DNA of 64,000 bases from positions 57,972,001 to 58,036,000 of the forward strand of contig NW_024704743.1 in assembly GCF_018977255.1 (NCBI RefSeq), written 5' to 3'. A program made the translations under genes and the position numbers. This document shows, in pieces, positions 13,235-27,828 of the stretch; position 1 is the first letter of the stretch; every line of letters begins with the position of its first letter. Origin of the DNA: Callorhinchus milii. Taxonomy: Eukaryota. The notes under the pieces were generated by a model. The model saw only the letters and a list, made by a program, of their open reading frames with translations, was not told where the DNA came from and did not search any database.

Positions 13235-16200
13235 TGAAATGACCCCCAAACTGTAAGGCTTTTTTAATGTTTTCTCAGATATGCATATTTTCAGACACAT
13301 GGATTTCCTTCTCCAAAATAGACACACAACAAAACACATCAAACCCTCTGTTTCAGCTAGAAGCAGAACACTAATTTTCCAGTCAAGCCTAATAAACTGA
13401 TTTGCTGCTCCATCTTTAATTCAAAATAAAATGCAGCTATAATTTTAAGTTATTGATAGTTCATATTTTCTTCCTGGTCATTTTCTGCCATGTCGAGTGA
13501 TTTGTACCCATACTTCTGCCAATTGAGTTCTGAAAGTGTTTGTGTGAAGACGCATAAGTTTGAATCAAGGTGATTTATCCTGAAAATCTCAATGTTTCTC
13601 TCCTTATGTAACTAGCATCATGTTAGCAAAGCAATGAGAATAGGAACCCAGTTTATGGAAAGAAACCAGCAGTCACAAATCCGTACATCCCAACTTCATG
13701 TCACAATGCCTTGAAATATCAGAGCATTTTTCAGCATCATGAAATAAATTGCAAACCTTTTTTATTTCACCAGTAACACCTTTTGATTGTATTTTTACAG
13801 AAATGATGAGGCAGATTTCAATTTAATGCAGGAACTGGATAGATGGTTCTTGCAATATCTGCCAAACTGAAATAATTTATTTTCCTTTGTTGAGAAATAT
13901 TCAGCACAAACCTTGACAGAATACAGTAACTATAATTAGGCAGCATCATTACCTCTCTTCTTGACCCTCTCCCCCACACTACTGCCAAACAAAATTCTAG
14001 GTGTACCTTCAGGCTTGAACAATAGCAACACTAAATTTGAACAACATAATTGTTCATTACCAACTAAGAAGCCCACTGGTAATGGTTGGCAATAGTCCAC
14101 ATATGCCAATGACTGCTAACTGCTCCATTGACATGTGCTCCACAGCCATTATTGGCAGTAGAAATCTTCTCTAATTGTGAAACAGAAATGGTGAAACAAA
14201 TGGTCAACAGCAGAAGCATTGCTGCCTCAATTACACTTTGAGTTACTGCTGTTGGCAAGAACAAGAACAATGTAAATAAAACTTAGAAAGTTTTTTAATT
14301 AAAGGATTAAGTGACAATCACCACAATTTTGATTCACTAACCAACTCTGCTTGATCAAAGGAATTTAAATATTGAAAGTTAGGTGAAGCATTGAACATAG
14401 GTTACTGGAATCAATAGAAATATTTGGAATCAACAGCAGTACAGTCCAATCTTGTTATAATGTGGTAGTGGGTCCTTAAAGGAGACTCTATGCTCAAACT
14501 TCTCACCATTACTGCCAAAGTTGCTGCTGACATCACGAAGGCTGATTAAACCCAAGCACTATATGCAGGAAGCCAGACAGTCAATAGGCACTCCTCTACA
14601 AACATATCCAGGGGGTTTGCAAGGTCATCACTGACATCGCAGAGGCTTGATGGACCTCTGTACAGTTTGCAGACAGGTAGCATCAGAAGCAGCATGTTAT
14701 TGAAAAACTGCCATGCTACTTACATGGTATACTTGTGTACTTTGGCATGCTATAACATAATCTAACGTATATTTGCATTTTTTTCTGAATTGATAAAATG
14801 TAAATGAAATATCTTCTTTAAAATGTCACTGTAACTGGTCAGCAATTTCATCATAACAAAATATTTTTAAATTTGTAGTACCAGACCTGTTAATCTCACA
14901 TTTTGCCAACGCTTCCAATTTAGAAGGAAAATGAATAAGGCTTTAAAGCTATTCTGCAAAATTTAGACATGCAATTGATCTCATTAAAAAATAGCCTTTA
15001 TATAAAGCATCTGTTCAATTATTCTACTTCGATTTACCAATTTAATCTTCAGTAAAGAAAACAAGTCCATTCCAATGAGTTAATCCAGCGCTTTAGGACG
15101 TCCTCCCGAAGTGAAAGGCGCTTTACAAATGTAATTTTGTTGTTGTTGATAAGTACGAAGTACATGAAAATGCAACCAGTTTTAAATGTTATAAAATAGC
15201 GCTCACTGTTCACATAACAGAAAAAAATTCCCTCTCAATTTTATTTTGCAAGGCAGACTTAATTTTACCTGAATCAGTCTTTTTTTCTCCCCCAATTTTC
15301 TACACTTTTGCTTTCCCTAGGAAAGAACTGAGTGGCCAGCAGCAGGATAAACGTAGATTTAAAATACTGACGAAAGGTAAAATGAGGGGATTTGTCGAGG
15401 AGTATGAAAGGCCTTGGGTACCTTTTCCGCTCTAACCTTTAAAGTTGGACTTTCACTATTCTGTAAACAGAACGCTAAAATAAGGTTAAGAAGATTTACA
15501 GTGGCATTCTCACAAATCCAAGTGGTATGTCAATGCAAAATATTCTAACATGTTTTGGTAATTCCAGTTGGCTAATAATAAAACATAATCTAAGTGATGG
15601 ATATTATCTCTATACCATTGATTTAATATAATTAAATTCCTACGGTTGGAATTTATTGAGAATGGTCTATGGAAATCATTCATCGCAAATATCAAAAAGG
15701 TTATACATTTACTTCAACCGAAGATCAAGAGATTGGCTTTTAGCAGTCTGGACTATATGTATATTATCCTCACAAACGTGTACAAATCAGCCACCCATTC
15801 TTTATGCAAGTTTCAGACCTCTTTGAAGCTAATTACAATAGTTTTCTTCTTCATTAGATTTATTGTATGCAAGTCTAAAAGTTATAATCAGGATAAATTA
15901 GGTAATTAGAGGAAAAATTACTCTGTGACTTTAGGTTTTACTGATAAGATTCTGTGACAAGTATGGATAATAGCTTTGAATAACCTATGCCAGTTTTTGT
16001 TGCAAATATACATTTTAAGCTATTCATACTAATGCAATCCAATAATATTTGATGAATAAAAATTTGGCGTGTCATTTGTATGCTTTATTTATAAAGTCAC
16101 TTAAAGAAATACTTCATCTGATAATTTAGGACAAAAGCATACTCAGCAGTGCTAGGCATACCAGAGAAGTCCATGAGATCTACAATGCTTGTTTTGCCTT

Positions 16201-16308
16201 CAACAAGCTTATATTCTCACCCTGCTCGCTACTCCCAAGCACCTCCAAGATGTTAAATTAGCAATTTTTAAAAATACATAGAACATGACTAATAGGAGGA
16301 AAACTAAC

Positions 16309-16468
16309 CTTCCAGCATCTGTCTCTTTAAAAATTCCATCCACGCTCGGACACAGCTCACAACTAGGCGTTACTCCACATTTACACGCATCACAGAACCA
16401 GGGTTCTGTGGAGTTCTCAGAGGCAGAACTCATAATAGAGTCACTCTCTCCATCAACACCATAGCAAC
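16309..16468 (-). CDS. PHF14: PHF14 exon 5 (GCYGVDGESDSIMSSASENSTEPWFCDACKCGVTPSCELCPSVDGIFKETDAGR)
   Basis: 160 bp, ccag/gttagt boundaries. End of PHD1 and the Zn-knuckle of the PZP module. Confidence 0.97.
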
Positions 16469-17917
16469 CTGGAGAAGAGGAGAAATCATCAATTGAAATA
16501 TCAAAATGAGTAACTCTACAAGAAAGTATGTGATAGAATACCTACACACCCTAGGCAGATCATATCAGTGCTGCCGCCAGCTAAACTAAACCCATCCCCA
16601 TACATTATTATTTTTAGTCTGATTGTTTATCCAATTTTTTAAAAAATACTTACTTCAACAACCGTTTGTGGTAAATGTTTCCATATTTTAACAACCCACT
16701 CTGTAAAACAAAAACCTGACCCCCTTTTCCTTTTGATTGATAATTGTCAATCTATGCCCTCTTGTAACTGCCTCATCAACCAGAGTAAATAGTTTTTACT
16801 TACTGTTAAAAATATTCATAATTTTAAAAATCTCTCTTCCCTTTTCCGTAAAATACAGTATTTTGCTATAATTTTATTTTGCAATAATTTATCAGAAACA
16901 TATTTATATATAAAAACAAGCGTAAAAAATGACTTAAGACCATTCCTTTACCAGGTTTATCGGAACATCTAATAAAAGATTCTGGAATATTTCTCATACT
17001 TCTCAAGTCTCAAAGATAAATCAAGAAAAACGTATTTTATAGAATGACCTAAAATAAACTATACACCTACAGGGTTTTAAAGATTAAAAATACAAGATAT
17101 AGAAAGAAGGAAGAAAGAACTTGCATATTTAAACATCAGAAACTAAAAAACTGCCAATCCGAATAAAAAATTTGAGGTAATTGGAAATAGAATAAGAAAA
17201 TGTATCCACACAATTAACATTTCGCTTTCAGAAAATCATTGCTGTGGTTTTTTTCCTGAAACTCACTCAGAATACTGAAAAGAATCTTAAAAACAGGCAG
17301 AGTTCGAGCGGTTTGTTTTACAAAAACAAAACACCTGAACCTCCCATAAAAAAAATTACTTTCTTTAAAATATCTTTGTGATTTGTTGGTCATCCAATTC
17401 TGACATCACTTGTCAAATGTCAAAGTAATATATCAGTTTTGTCTTTTTGCATTATTAAGTAGATATGCTACTGAAACAGTGCACTAGGCAGGAAGCTGAT
17501 GCCATGACTAGTGTTGCACAATTTGCACTGAACCAGAGAACGGAAGATAGGTAGGATCGTTTGCAGGATAAAACTGCAGGTCAAAGCTTCAATAAGCCTC
17601 TGCTGCTATCTGTAATGCCCCGGTATTGTGTGCATTCCATCATTACAATCTGATTGGTTTCTGCAATGCTATCAGCCACCACCTCAAATTTATGTTCTTT
17701 CACAGCTTTTAAAATTCAGCAAAGACCAGCCCTTCATTGCTGCTTTTTTGTTGAAAGGGGTTTAATTGTTGATCATTTTTCTCCAGTGGTGGCAAGGGAG
17801 GATGGTCATTAAGAGTACAAATATTAATGCTGTGCAAGTGGAACTTTTAGGCACCCAATGTCAGCACGAACCTTACACTTATGTAAGGTACAACACAAAT
17901 AGACACAGATTTTCCTC

Positions 17918-18627
17918 ACCAGGAAGCTTGCAGGAAGTTCCTGGTACCCACCATTTAACTAGTTAGGACTCAAACGCGCATTTGTCAGACATCAAACAAC
18001 CAACTAGTGACTATCCTCCTTGGAAGGGAGAGGTCATTGGGGTCTCTTTGGGCTAAACTGGTTCCAAGGTGAAATGTTTTGCAACAGAATATTGGATTTG
18101 AGTCAACCCTTTGTGGCAGTCTCGATAGTCCAGTTGCTGAGCCAGGTTGGTCCGCATTATTCCAGAGTAACACTCATGACAGCACAGCCAGCCTGGCTCA
18201 TCTGCAGGACTTGGAAGAGCAGAACAGTTACTGGGGGCAGTAAATCCTTCCACTCAGCTCCTGTTAACCCTGCAAGCCAAAGCCCTAATGGATAGGGTGG
18301 TCCTAGCTGGACAAGTAGCGGGGAAGCTTGCCAAAAAGTGATATCAATGGTAAATGATATGGTTTTAGCTGGTTAGACTCCAGCAGTACCCCAATACACT
18401 CTGGCGTCCCCAAGCCTTGGCTCTTGCCAACCTGTGGCTAATATTTTACAGAATTAGGTAGGCGGGATGCGTCCCTCCAGAGAGAGTGGTGTTCCATTCC
18501 AACAATCTATCTCTGGAATTTCCATGTGCAGGTGGGATGCAAGGAATTCTCAGTTGGTGTGGATACTCTTAAGCATGGGGATGGGTTTCCACATGTATCA
18601 GACACCCGGCTGACTATTAAAAAAAGC
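17918..18627 (+). mobile_element. Unclassified interspersed repeat, longest copy
   Basis: Homologous to six other fragments in the window; ends ...TCAGACACCCGGCTGAC followed by an A-tract. Confidence 0.8.
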
Positions 18628-18849
18628 TTCATAGCAAAAACCTGTGAAGCATTTTTGAGATATTTTGATGTAGTAAGGCACTATATCAATTGCAAGTACA
18701 GATACTATTATGATTATTTCTCAGATGGTGAGATTAATATTTTAAATGCTTTTATTGTACATATTATTTGATGGCTCATCATCAAAACTTTTTTGAAAGT
18801 CTTGTTGTAAACAATTTGAAATTACTTTGCCAGTTTTTACAGTGCTGCG

Positions 18850-19602
18850 TCTGCCCCTCCCCACCTCTCCCTCTTCCCTCTGTCATCTCACATACTCTCT
18901 TGACCCCACTCTCTCCTGACTTTCCAGTTCTACTTCCTTGTTCCTCTGCGGAATTGTCAACTTCTCTTTGTCAACAACCACAACCTTCAAAACACCTGTC
19001 ATCAGCCCCTTTCTCAAAACTCCTTCCCTTCAACCCATCCCATCTCCAACCTGCTTTTCCTCTCCAAGGTACTTGAATGAGTCGCTCCTGCCCAGTTTCA
19101 TTCTTTTCTCTCTCTGAGCTCTCTGTATGAACCCCTGCAGTGTCTCCTCTCCTTCTGCAATGCTCACAGTACAGAGACTACCCAGTCAAAGTCACCAATG
19201 ACATTATTTCAATCTGTCAAGACTGTCTCGGACCACAGACGTGCCCGACCCTACCTCAGCAATCTTGTTAAACCCTATTGACTTCACCCATTCCCTCCAA
19301 CAGGCAGGCGCTGGCCTGCTTCACATCTCTGCCCTGCCCACCCCACCAACGGCAATCAGGCTTTCTGCCTCCACTCTCTGGAACTTCATCCCAGAGTCCC
19401 TTCGCCTCACCCCTTCCCTCAGCCTCCTACGAGGTCTGTCTCAAGACCTTTGACTTTGACCAAGCCTTCAATCATTTTGTTTCCCTCCTCCTCACATTGG
19501 CCCCCACCCCTTCTGAATCCAACCCCCAGCTCGGGCGCAAACCCTCGACTGTCTATATACCATGTCCACACTGACATTAAGTAAATGCAATTTGTTGTTG
19601 CT
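18850..19602 (+). mobile_element. Decayed L2 with deletions
   Basis: Nucleotide similarity to the other L2 copies; tail at ~19590. Confidence 0.75.
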
Positions 19603-20786
19603 GTATTCTAACATTTATTAAAAGTATTATAAATTAAGTAAACATAGTTTAGAGTAAATAAAAAAAGTATTCACATGAAACACAGCTAGATGAATGACTG
19701 CACCTTATATATGGTATAAAATTTACCGCCTGCATACACACACAAATATTTAGTTCAAAAAAGCAATCAGTTGCAGTCCAATGAACAATGGTCAGTAACC
19801 GGCTGAATTTCAGAAATCATAAATCACATAATATGAAGTTACACTGATAAAGTAGGCATATATTTTAAGAGCCAAATAATATCTAATTGATTTTTTTAGG
19901 ACGAGTATATTTTCATTATATCTAACAAGTACAATATGCAACTCCAGATGGTTTATTCACAATTTCTAGCATACAGTATTTTGGTATAAATATCTATAGA
20001 CAGTTGCTGAAATTGATTGTACAACAACTACTCACGGCTTGAAATGGGGAGGGGGAAAGGGTGACAAAATCTAGTCACTATGAACATTTAAAACAAAAAG
20101 CAAAAGCTCAAATTAAAGTGCATTTACTGAAATATTCACAATACAGATTTTTTAATGCAAATTTCAACATAATGGTGTTTGCAGCAGAGATTAATGAGGC
20201 AACACCAATCGGAGAAAGCAGCACTCTTTTACATTTACTCTCAGCTTCAATGTCCACTATTTCCACTATTCGCATTTGATGGCATTTGTTTGATTTTCAC
20301 ACACACACACAATTCCAAAATCTTGATCCTGCTTTACTGCAGCCAATTTAGACAAACAATGATAACTTTAAAAAAAATGCAAGTCTAAAAGTTCCATTAG
20401 ATCGTTCATAAGTTGATTAACTTATTAGAGAACTGATCACAATTCCAGCTCTTTAACATCTACAATTTGGAGGACGTCCAAAAGTGGATCCACAGTGCTG
20501 GAAGGTTATCAAAGCTCGGGGTGGGAGCTGAAGGGAGGAGGGGAAAGATGCCAGAGAGCTTGGTCAAAGAGGTTTTGAGACACGCCTGAAAGAGAAGAGG
20601 GAAGAGATCGATTCAAAGAGACTTCGGGATGGAGTTCCAGATAAGGGGGGCAGAATGGCCCAGAGTTTGGTTCTGGTTAGGAGGTCAAATAACTGGAGGA
20701 GAAATCTAAATGCAACTTTTAAAGATACAGATTATTCACTATATAACACAAAACCCAAGTTTATTTTTCACATCAGTTCTTGATTT

Positions 20787-22577
20787 AACAACAACAACAA
20801 CAAGATTACATTGTATAGCGCCTTTCACGTCGGGAGGATGATGCATTTCAGACCCGAGCTGGGGTCAGGGGGGGAGAAGTGAGGGGAGGGGAAGGAGGTT
20901 GACCGATGGCATGGTCGAAGAGGAGGGTTTGGAGGTGGGACTTGAAGGAGGCTAAGGAGGGGGCGAGGCGGTGTGATTGGGGGATGAAATTCCAGAGGTT
21001 GGGAGCAGAGTGGCTGAAGTCTCTCCCGCCAATGGTGGGGCGGGTGGATCAGGGGACGTGGAGCAGGTCAGAGCCGGCTGAGCGGAGGGAGCGGGCGGGT
21101 TGGTAGGGGGTTAGGAAGTCACAGAGGTAGAATGGGGTGAGGCCATGGAGGGCTTTGTATATGAGGACCAGGATCTTGAACTGGATCCTCTGAAGGATAG
21201 AGAGCCAATGGAGTCGGGCGAGAATGGGGGAGATGGGGTCATGGAGTTTAGTGCGGGAGAGGACACGGGCTGCAGGGCTCTGGATTATCTGCAGTCTGTG
21301 GAGGGAGGAGTTGGGAAGGCCGACAAGCAGGGCGTTTGCATAGTCGAGCCTGGAGGTGATGAGGGTTGAGGTAGTGGCGGAGTCGGACGACATTACGGAG
21401 GTGAGGGAAGGCAGAGCGGGTCATGGCTTGAATGTGGGGGAGAAAAGACAGTTGAGGGTCGAACAAGACACCCAGGTTCCTGACTGGCTGGTGAGTTGGT
21501 GAGTTGTGTGCAACCATGGAGGTTGATGCTGCCATAGCCTGAGGTGCTGAGGCGCCGGCTCGAGCCAATCAGGAGGGCCTCAGTCTTGTTCACATTCAAC
21601 TGTAGGAAATTTGCCCTCATCCAGAACTTGATGTCCGACAGGAAGTCTGTCAGGACAGCAGTGGTCCTGGAGTTGAGGGCGGAGGCAGAAAGATAGAGTT
21701 GGGTGTCATCCGTTACATGTGGAAGTTGACCCCATGTCTGCGGATGATGTCACCAAGGGGGAGCATGTAGATATTAAAGAGGACAGAGCCCTGGGGGACG
21801 CCAGATGTGACAGTGTGGGGGCTGGAGGAGAAACCGTTAGAGGCAACAAATTGGAGACGGTGAGAGCGATAGGAATCGAACCAGGCAAGGGCAGGTCCGT
21901 GAAGATTAAGTAAAGAGGAGGCGGTGTATGGGGATGGAGTGGTCGACAGTGTCAAAGGTGGCAGAGAGGTCGAGGAGGACAAGGAGGTAAAGGAAGCCCT
22001 GATCACAGATATTCAGAATGTCATTAGTGACTTTGACCAGAGCTGTTTCCGTGCTGTGGGCAGCGCAGAAGCCGGATTGGAGGGGTTCAAAGAGGGAATG
22101 GCGAGAGAGAGAGGGGAGCTGGGACGCAACGACCCATTCCAGGACCTTGGAGAGGAATTGGAGGTTAGAGATGAGGCGGTAGCTGGAGAGGAGGGAAGGT
22201 TTTTTCAGGATGGGAGTGATGACGGCTGTTTTTAGGGGGATGGGAACTGAACCGGTGGACAAGGAGAGGTTGATGACGTCGGACAGGAAAGGGGCCAGAA
22301 GGTGGAGCTGGGAGAAGAGAAGAGAGGTGGGGATGGGATCGAGGGAGCAGGTGGTGGGTTTGAGTTTGTGAACAATCGCAGTGAGGGAGGAAGGAGAGAT
22401 AGGGTCGAATGAATATAAGGGGGGATGGGTGGGGGGTTGGTCATGAGGAAGAGGTGATGTGGGGGTGACGGTGGACCGGGCAGAGGCGGCTGAATGTATC
22501 CTCTCAATTTTGGACTCGAGGAAGTCCAGTTTGAGGAGAGGATGGGCGAGTCGTGGGTGGGTGGACGGAGGAGACGG
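20787..22577 (-). mobile_element. L2-clade LINE, 5'-truncated, frameshifted RT with 3' tail
   Basis: [49 protein letters not shown] and LHWL motifs; (TTG)n tail. Confidence 0.92.
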
Positions 22578-24226
22578 TTTAAAGGCATACTTAATATCCC
22601 TTGGGCAAATAAACCAAATACTAAGGTCAAGAATTTGTGTAAACATCACTATAAAAAGTTTCTGGCATATAATCCTTCAGATATAAAATCTGCAAATTTA
22701 CAATCATCTATTTTAGAGGACATCCAGCCCATCAAACACGTTTCACCAGTTTATTAGATCTTGACAAATCTTTTAATACCAATACTGGCACTTTTGGCAA
22801 ATCTTTTAACACCAATACTGGAATATCTGTACCTCTATAGCCCAAGTAGCTGTCAATCTCTTTTGTATACATCCGTATTCATTCTACCTCTACGGTTTCT
22901 AGGACGGAGCATTCCACATCTTTACAATCCTCAATGCAAAGAAACACATCCTGACTTGCACTGGATCCCTCTACAAAACAGTAAAATTGTCCACTATGTA
23001 ACATGGCAATTCCTTTCATTATTTTAAGTAATTAAATGAAATCATCCCTTAACCTGCTTTGCTCCAAAAAAATGACCCTCTACCTAGCTTCTCATCATTG
23101 CAAAGCTCCTTTGGCCTAGATATTAATACAGTGAATCTCCCACTGGTTACCCTTAGCAAAATACATATTGGAAATTTAAGAAAAACGTGAAGTTTGCATG
23201 CTTCAAAAAGTTTTCCTGGTTTGGCATCCCCTAACTGTATTTGCTTCAATTTTCCAGCTGAAATTTTGTCTGTGAACCTCTCTATAATTTAACACCCCTT
23301 CCAGAACCAAAATAAACTGATTAGACAGAAGTTGCTAAACTTGGCTCAGTTGATGCACTCTCACATCTGGGTCACAGGATTCTTTGTCTAGTTGGATTCA
23401 CCCACAAATACACAATCAATCCACTTTACAATATTCTGTTCGAGACATCTTGACAATGTTATAAAGTGCTATATAAAATCCTAGGATTGTATTATTATTG
23501 GCCACAAGCCCCGAGTCAAAAGAGAGGTCCCATCTGTCTGTTCTCAGGTGGACGCTAAAGATCCCATGGCATTATTCAAAAAGAGATCTTTCTTTTCTCT
23601 TTCCCAATGCCAACAATCCTCCCTTTCCTTCTGCAAAAAATAGCTACCTATAAAAATCATTCACTAAACTTGACAATAACTACTGTAAAACATTGAGGCT
23701 TGACATGTAAGATGCTACAAAAATGTGAATTATTTCTCCTAACCCTACAATTCCAATTTAACATATCAATGAACTTAGAAATCTATAAGTGTGCACTTAG
23801 TTTCCATCTTTCCCAATAAGGTGAAAACACATTTGCAGTGTGCAATCGGCAATGAGATTTCCTACTTGGCACTCAGATATTTCCCAAATGAGGGATAGAA
23901 AGAGATAAATATATAAATAATCCATGAATGTATTGAAAATGCAGAATCGAATCAAACCATTCTCTTTGAAGAATCATTACCTTCAGGCATCTTGCAGTTT
24001 CATCTTCTTGCATAAGATTTTCAATATCTTAGTCATTTTATGTCACTTTTCATGTGATAAAATGCTGCTGAATTTGGCAGAATTTAACTTGGATTCTTCT
24101 ACCTACTGCAAAATACCTCCTCTCACTCCCACATGTAAGGTAGACCTCCTCCCCATCCCTCAGCTACAACAAAGAGATTAGGCGAAGAGAGTTTTTAAAA
24201 GAAATAATCATTACATATGTACAAGT

Positions 24227-24566
24227 GGAGTCCTGTAATTTAGTGGTTAGAGCACTCGCCTCGCAAGCGAGAAACCCCGGGTTGAATTCCCAGGCAGGAC
24301 GAAACTTTGGGCAAGTTTCCTTACTCCACATACCTGTTAGTCGATTGGCAGATCGCTTTTCAGGGGGTAATAGTCCCTTCAAAAAAAAAAAATAATAATT
24401 TGGTCACACCATCTATGACTGTTTGTGGGACACTGCTGTGCATAATTGGATACCGCATCTCGCCCACAAAATGTATAGTCAATACACTTTACAGTATATT
24501 GTGTGAAGCACTTTGAGACATCTCAAAGACATGATAAGTCTCTATATCAAATGCAAGGATTATTAT
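24227..24566 (+). mobile_element. tRNA-Ala-derived SINE, longer variant
   Basis: Same head and tail plus an internal GTTAGTCGATTGGCAGATCGCTTTTCAGGGGG block. Confidence 0.9.
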
Positions 24567-25440
24567 AATAATAATAATCCTTGCATTTGATATAGCGCTT
24601 TTCACGTCTTCTAGACGCCCGAAGCACTTCACAGAATATACTGTAAAGTGAATTGACTGTATATTTGTGGGCGAAATATACTTATTATTATTAAGTATAT
24701 TAAGTACAAAACAACTTGCATTTACATAGTGCCCTTCACGCCGGATAATATTTCAGAGTGCTATACAGTGGCAGAGTGGACAATGAGCAAACAGTTCAGT
24801 AGTCTTTCTGCCAAACAATATTAAAATTTGCATTGGTCTTCCTGTATTCATAAATCCCCCAAGTGCCGTTGTGTCCCATAGCGGATGAAATCGCCAAACT
24901 ATGCCTTGAACAACAGTTGCTTGCATGAAATGTGGACCATTCTCTTCTACAAGATCAATCCAAGAAAAACGATGATCCAGGAAATCGAAAATAATAGCAC
25001 CCTTTTTCTTTAACTGTCAAGATATTTTCAAAATCTGTTCCTGCTCAGTTTCAAAAACACTAACCCTCTTTGATTTGTATTTTCTGAGTTTCAAAAGTCC
25101 TTCCATGCTTTAAGAACACTGATCAAAGCGGATATAGATCCCAATCTTTCACATAATGCAACAATCATGTACTTGGATGCAAGGGCATTTCACACGTCAA
25201 ATAAATTACTAAACCAAATATAGATCACTGGCAACGACACATTTGGAAAATTGTATGTTTTTTTTGCAACTTATCTTCAAACGGTCACAAAACCGTGAAG
25301 GGTGGCAAAGATCATTTGTACTTAGGGTTCTAAGTTATGAAAAGAAATTAATAGCACTAAAGTTATTTTCAGTAGCTGATGATATGATCCAGGGAATAAT
25401 CTATAGAGATGCAAGCAAGCCAGCTATTCAACCTGAGTAA

Positions 25441-25643
25441 TTTTTTCTGGCCAACCGGGTGTCTGACACAGGTGGAAACCCATCACCATGCTTAAACCAA
25501 ACGGAGAGCTCCATGCATTCCATCTATACATGGAAATTCCTGAGATATTTATTGGAATGGAACGAGTACTATCTCTCTGGAGGGACGCATCCTGCCTACC
25601 CAATTCCAGAGAGTATTGGGCACAGACTGGCAATAACCAAGAC
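25441..25643 (-). mobile_element. Unclassified repeat, 3' fragment
   Basis: Reverse copy of the terminal ~200 bp. Confidence 0.75.
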
Positions 25644-25649
25644 CTGAAA

Positions 25650-26000
25650 TCCCAGCCCTCTATGGCTCAGGTGGCAGCACCTGAGTCGGTCAGGAGGTTG
25701 TGGACTCGAGCTCCAAATCAGAACTTTGAACTCAGTCTCGGATTACACTCCATTGCAGGGCTGGGGTCTTCCACATTGTTGGAGGTGCCATCCTTTGATG
25801 AGACACTAAATTGAGGTCCACTCTGTTTGTTCAGCTAGGTGTTAAAGGCCCCATCTATTCAAAGAGAAGGGAGTTTCTCCCACTGTCTTGGCCAACACTC
25901 CCCCAAATAAATTTGGTCAATCACTTCACAGCTGTTTGTGGAACAAAGCTGTGTGAAAATTGGCTGCTGTATTCTACAAAATAGTCATTACACTTTATAG
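25650..26000 (+). mobile_element. Deu-core SINE
   Basis: GGAGGTGCCATCCTTTGATGAGACACTAAA core and shared 3' region. Confidence 0.72.
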
Positions 26001-26044
26001 TGCATCCTAGGAAGAGCTTTGAACTATCTTTCCAACAATAAGCG

Positions 26045-26617
26045 GAGCTCCTTAGAGCTGAATTGGCTCCAAGGTGACATGCCTGGCAATGGAATGTCTG
26101 AATCAAGCCAGCCATCTGTGGTGGTCTTAGGCCAGTTCCTGAGCCAGGCAGATCAGCAGTATTGCAGGGCACTGCTAATGACAGCACAGCCACAGCACAG
26201 CCTGGCTCATGGGCAAGAACTAAAAGGGCAGACCAGTGACTGGGGGCAGGGAGTCATCCCAGTCAGCTCCTGTTAACCCTGCAAATCAAAGCCCTAAAGG
26301 GTAGGGTGGTCCTAGCTGGACAAGCAGTGGGAAAGCTTCTCGGACAGCAATATCAATGGCAAGCTATGCAGTTTTAGCTGGTTAGACTCCAGCAGTACCC
26401 CAACACACACTCTGGGGTCCCCAAGCCTGGCTCTTGCCAATTTGTGCCTAATACTTTCAGGAATTAAGTAAGCAGGAAGCATCCCTCCAGGGAGAGAGAG
26501 TGCATAATCTATCTCTGGGATTTCCATGCGTTGGTGGGATGCATGGAAATTTCAGCTTGGTTTGGATACTCTTAAGCATGGGTTTCTGATGTATCAGGCA
26601 CCCAGATGACCAAAAAA
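26045..26617 (+). mobile_element. Unclassified repeat copy
   Basis: Shares CAGCTCCTGTTAACCCTGCAA...TAGGGTGGTCCTAGCTGGACAAG...GACTCCAGCAGTACCCCAA. Confidence 0.8.
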
Positions 26618-27518
26618 CTGTGGGACATTGCTGTGCGCAATTGTAATGTTAAAGGTGCAATATTAAATATAAGGATTATTAAATATTATCCTCCCTTATG
26701 CTCATCATCTTCGTAAAGTGGTTGGGATGTTATCCTACATAAAAAATATGCATGTGAAGGTGGTTATTGTAAACACAAGCACATCATTTCCACATCTCAG
26801 TACAGTGCTGAGTTAAAATTTAGTTTGCAGAACACACAATGCATGTCAACCAACAACAAATTATTAAAATCCCATCTGTTGAACAAATCCACTATCTTAC
26901 ATGCAATCTACTTTTGATTATTTGGAGGCTCTAAAATAAATCTGCTACCTGGCAGCCTGAGATTGCTGCTGATTTCAATGGGTGATTCCAAACATTTTTG
27001 ACCATTTCCAAACCAACTACTCACACTCACACACATCGTATCAGTTGGGACCGTAATATTTTATGACTTATGCAAAGTATGAGTTATGGCAAACTTGTAT
27101 ACGTTCTATCATATATGACTGATGTCATTATGTTTAAGTCGGGTTTTATGTGATTAACACATAACAAATATACAAGTACCAAATTGGCTGGTGACATTAA
27201 GGCAAGGTTTCTGTATCATATAAAAGCTATGGTAGCCCATTCTTTCCATGTAAAGTACTGTTGAGTATTGTACCTCATGAGCAGCAAATGTATACTGTAC
27301 CAAAACCTCCCGTACATTGCAGCCACTAAGTGTACATGCGGTGATGGGTCTCCATCGTTCTCCATGTGATCAGGCAATCCCCGCCCCCTCGCTCACCACG
27401 TAATCAGGTGATACCATTTTCTCTCTCAGGTCCCACCCCAGGGAGGGAGGGCAGGGAGAGCAATGGGGTACACATGTGTGGTGTTCCATTTGATGTGTTG
27501 GAACAAACAAAACAAATA

Positions 27519-27828
27519 GTAGCAGTGTTACAAGTTACGCAGTGGTTAATACGGCTAGCGCAGATAAAGTTAAGTGGATTTTATAGGAAAATGAACGGGA
27601 CTCAGGTGGATGTCCAATTTAAGGGATTATACGATTTAAGGGATTATACAATTCTACGGAAAGTTTTGATCCTGCAGCTGGTTAGTGCAGAAGCTAGCGG
27701 CAAGTGAGGTAGCAGTGTTACAAGTTACGCGGTGGTTAATATGACCAGTGCAGATAAAGTTAAGTGGATTTAATAGGAAAATGAATGGGACTCGGGTAGA
27801 TGTCCGATTTAAGGGATTATACGATTTA
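27519..27828. repeat. ~120-bp imperfect direct repeat (27519-27638 and 27709-27828)
   Basis: Direct comparison; period 190. Confidence 0.9.

Noticed and set aside
17918..18627. Hammerhead ribozyme or retrozyme within the unknown repeat
   Set aside because: I found no CTGANGA...GAAA core with flanking stems by eye.
24790..25240. Possible decayed coding relic in PHF14 intron 4
   Set aside because: Manual translation gave no recognisable motif; a tBLASTx search would be needed.
25441..26617. A 1.2-kb MITE with long terminal inverted repeats
   Set aside because: It is better explained as two opposed, unequal, diverged copies of the dispersed family with a Deu-SINE between them.
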